A stretch of 64,000 nucleotides of DNA, from contig CAVVQA010000002.1 of the NCBI GenBank assembly GCA_963750285.1, positions 198,229-262,228 on the forward strand, given 5' to 3'. Source of the DNA: an uncultured Actinomycetota bacterium (GTDB taxonomy: Bacteria > Actinomycetota > Actinomycetes > Actinomycetales > CAWJMD01). This document shows, piece after piece, positions 62,404-64,000 of the stretch (position 1 is the stretch's first letter; the number at the start of each line of letters is the position of its first letter). The notes under the pieces were generated by a model. That model ran no database searches. It was not told where the DNA came from and was given only the letters and a program-made list of their open reading frames with translations. A program made the translations under genes and the position numbers.

Positions 62404-63498
62404 TCAGCCGCGGTACTGCATCCTGACCGGGCACTCGAACGGGCCCCGGGCACGCAGGCCGACGTCGTTCAGGTACCCGACGATGATCCGGTAGGCGCTG
62501 AACAGCCCCACCTCGGTGTAGGCCACCTTGTGGGCGTCGCAGTAGGCCCGCACGAGCGGCCTGGCCAGCCGCAGGTTGGGGCGCGGCATGCTCGGGAACA
62601 GGTGGTGCTCGATCTGGTAGTTGAGGCCGCCCAGGGCGAAGTCGACCCAGAGGCCGCCACGGACGTTGCGGGACATCAGCACCTGACGGCTGAGGAAGTC
62701 GATCCGGGAGCCGGCCGGGACGATGGGCATGCCGATGTGGTTGGGGGCGAACGACCCGCCCAGGCACAACCCGAAGACGGCCGACTGGACCGCGAGGAAC
62801 GCGACGGCCTTGCCGGGCGGCAGGACGAGCAGCACGGCCGCGACGTACGCCGCCAGCCGCAGCACGACGAGCCCGGCCTCGGTCCGCTGGGCGCGGGACG
62901 ACCCGCGGACCACGAGCGGCCGCATGCTGGCGACGTGCAGGTTCAGGCCCTCCAGGGTCAGCAGCGGGAAGAAGTACCAGCCCTGGTGGCGGGCGAGCCA
63001 GCGGGTCAGGGCGGTGCGCCGGCCCTCGACGGCGGCACGGGTGAAGGCGAGGGCGCCGGGGGCGATGTCCGGGTCGCGTCCCTCCTGGTTCGGCGCGGCG
63101 TGGTGGGTGTTGTGCTTGTTCCTCCACCACTCGTGGCTCAGCCCGGCGGCCATGGCGAGGACCCGGGCGGCCCACAGGTTCCAGGGCCCCGATCGGAAGA
63201 TCTGACGGTGCGCGGCGTCGTGCCCGAGGAAGCCGAGCTGGGTCATGGCGACCCCCATGGCACCGGCCAGCAGCAGCTGGTGCCAGGAGTCGCCCAGCCA
63301 GGCGAAACCCCACCAGAGCGCCGCGAACGCCCCGAGCGCCAGCGACATCCGGGTCCAGTAGTAGGCGTGGCGCCGGCGCAGCAGACCGCTCTCGCGGATC
63401 TCGGCGGCCAGGGCGGTGTACAGGCTGGTGGCGTCGGACCCGCGGGTCCGACGAGCGAGGACGGGGTCGCCGACCAGCGGGTCGAGGGTGCCGGTCAT
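62404..63498 (-). CDS. membrane fatty acid desaturase
   Basis: Intact. Three His boxes: HDAAH, HNTHH and QIEHH. AAGGAG lies 6 nt upstream of the ATG at 63498 (an alternative ATG at 63504 directly abuts the SD). Confidence 0.8.
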   Translation of the reverse strand: MTGTLDPLVGDPVLARRTRGSDATSLYTALAAEIRESGLLRRRHAYYWTRMSLALGAFAALWWGFAWLGDSWHQLLLAGAMGVAMTQLGFLGHDAAHRQIFRSGPWNLWAARVLAMAAGLSHEWWRNKHNTHHAAPNQEGRDPDIAPGALAFTRAAVEGRRTALTRWLARHQGWYFFPLLTLEGLNLHVASMRPLVVRGSSRAQRTEAGLVVLRLAAYVAAVLLVLPPGKAVAFLAVQSAVFGLCLGGSFAPNHIGMPIVPAGSRIDFLSRQVLMSRNVRGGLWVDFALGGLNYQIEHHLFPSMPRPNLRLARPLVRAYCDAHKVAYTEVGLFSAYRIIVGYLNDVGLRARGPFECPVRMQYRG

Positions 63499-63543
63499 GG
63501 ACATCTCCTTCGCTCGTGAGCGCGGGCGCCCGGAGACGACGAC

Positions 63544-63580
63544 GGACCCCGCAGACCGCTGTGCAGCGCCACCGGGGTCC
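63544..63580. terminator. imperfect GC-rich stem-loop between the aldose epimerase stop and the desaturase start
   Basis: GGACCCCG ... CGGGGTCC outer stem enclosing an inner CGCT gtgc AGCG. It lies about 80 nt downstream of the stop at 63661. Confidence 0.3.
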
Positions 63581-63660
63581 GGGGCGGCGTGACGGGACGA
63601 CACAACCACGCCCCGTGCGGCAGGGCAACCGGGCCGGCGGGCTCCGACCCTCGGACGGAC

Positions 63661-64000
63661 CTACGGCACGGAGTGGTCGAACCGCCACGAGCAGGACCAT
63701 CGGTACTCCTCGCCGGGGCGCAGGACCGCGCTGCCGAACGCCGGGCGGTTGGGGGTGTCGGGCGGGAGCTGCGGCTCGAGGGCGATCCCGTCGCCCTGCC
63801 GGTAGGTGCCGCCGTGCAGCGACGGCAGCGTGCCGTCGAGGAAGTTGCCGGTGTAGACCTGCAGGCCCGGCTGGTCGGTCGACAGCGTGAGGGTCGTCCC
63901 GCTCACCGGCGCGGTCAGCCAGGCCACCTCGCGCAGGCCGGTCCCGTCCGGGACGAGGTCGTGGTCGACCCCCCGGGCGGCCGCCACCTGGGGGTGGGTG
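63661..64000 (-). CDS. galM: aldose 1-epimerase (galactose mutarotase), C-terminal part; 5' end outside window
   Basis: ...VDHDLVPDGTGLREVAWLTAPVSGTTLTLSTDQPGLQVYTGNFLDGTL...GDGIALEPQLPPDTPNRPAFGSAVLRPGEEYRWSCSWRF. The frame is open to the window edge. Confidence 0.7.
   Translation of the reverse strand, partial: THPQVAAARGVDHDLVPDGTGLREVAWLTAPVSGTTLTLSTDQPGLQVYTGNFLDGTLPSLHGGTYRQGDGIALEPQLPPDTPNRPAFGSAVLRPGEEYRWSCSWRFDHSVP

Overview
Very GC-rich, gene-dense bacterial chromosome segment of actinobacterial type, with third codon positions almost uniformly G/C. Gene content and order look Nocardioides/Propionibacteriales-like, but that placement is inference only. Positions 1-34.1 kb are a core respiratory block. 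It holds cytochrome c maturation genes (resB, ccsB) and menaquinone biosynthesis genes (menA, menE, menB, menC, menD, menF, a ubiE-type methyltransferase, a geranylgeranyl-reductase-family flavoprotein, a polyprenyl diphosphate synthase). It also holds a complete 14-gene NADH dehydrogenase I operon, nuoA-N, chained by start/stop overlaps, with a near-consensus Rex operator in front of it. Positions 34.2-64 kb are a looser, accessory-looking mix: PhoX phosphatase, RarD, serA, a MarR-MFS efflux pair, a PEP-mutase-family enzyme, DsbA, and a PucR/GAF regulator with divergent MFS plus FAD-linked oxidase. This part also contains a two-gene TerD-domain operon, a DUF222/HNH endonuclease next to truncated gene remnants, a methyltransferase, a quinone oxidoreductase, DinB proteins, phosphomannomutase, a stand-alone Toprim protein, a CDF metal exporter, a desaturase and the 3' end of an aldose epimerase. 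The dominant anomaly is that roughly half of the genes cannot be read in one frame. By my manual count, not computed, there are on the order of 100 apparent +/-1 frame breaks, very unevenly distributed, with conserved motifs preserved on both sides. Single-base indel errors are the most likely cause, but real gene decay cannot be excluded from sequence alone. The most interesting candidate biology is the TerD operon (49058-52191). It encodes a TerD / PSYGQP-repeat / TerD protein followed by a TerD / helical / degenerate FtsK-HerA-like P-loop protein, an architecture I cannot match to a described Ter system. I found no rRNA, tRNA, CRISPR array, transposase, integrase or prophage genes.
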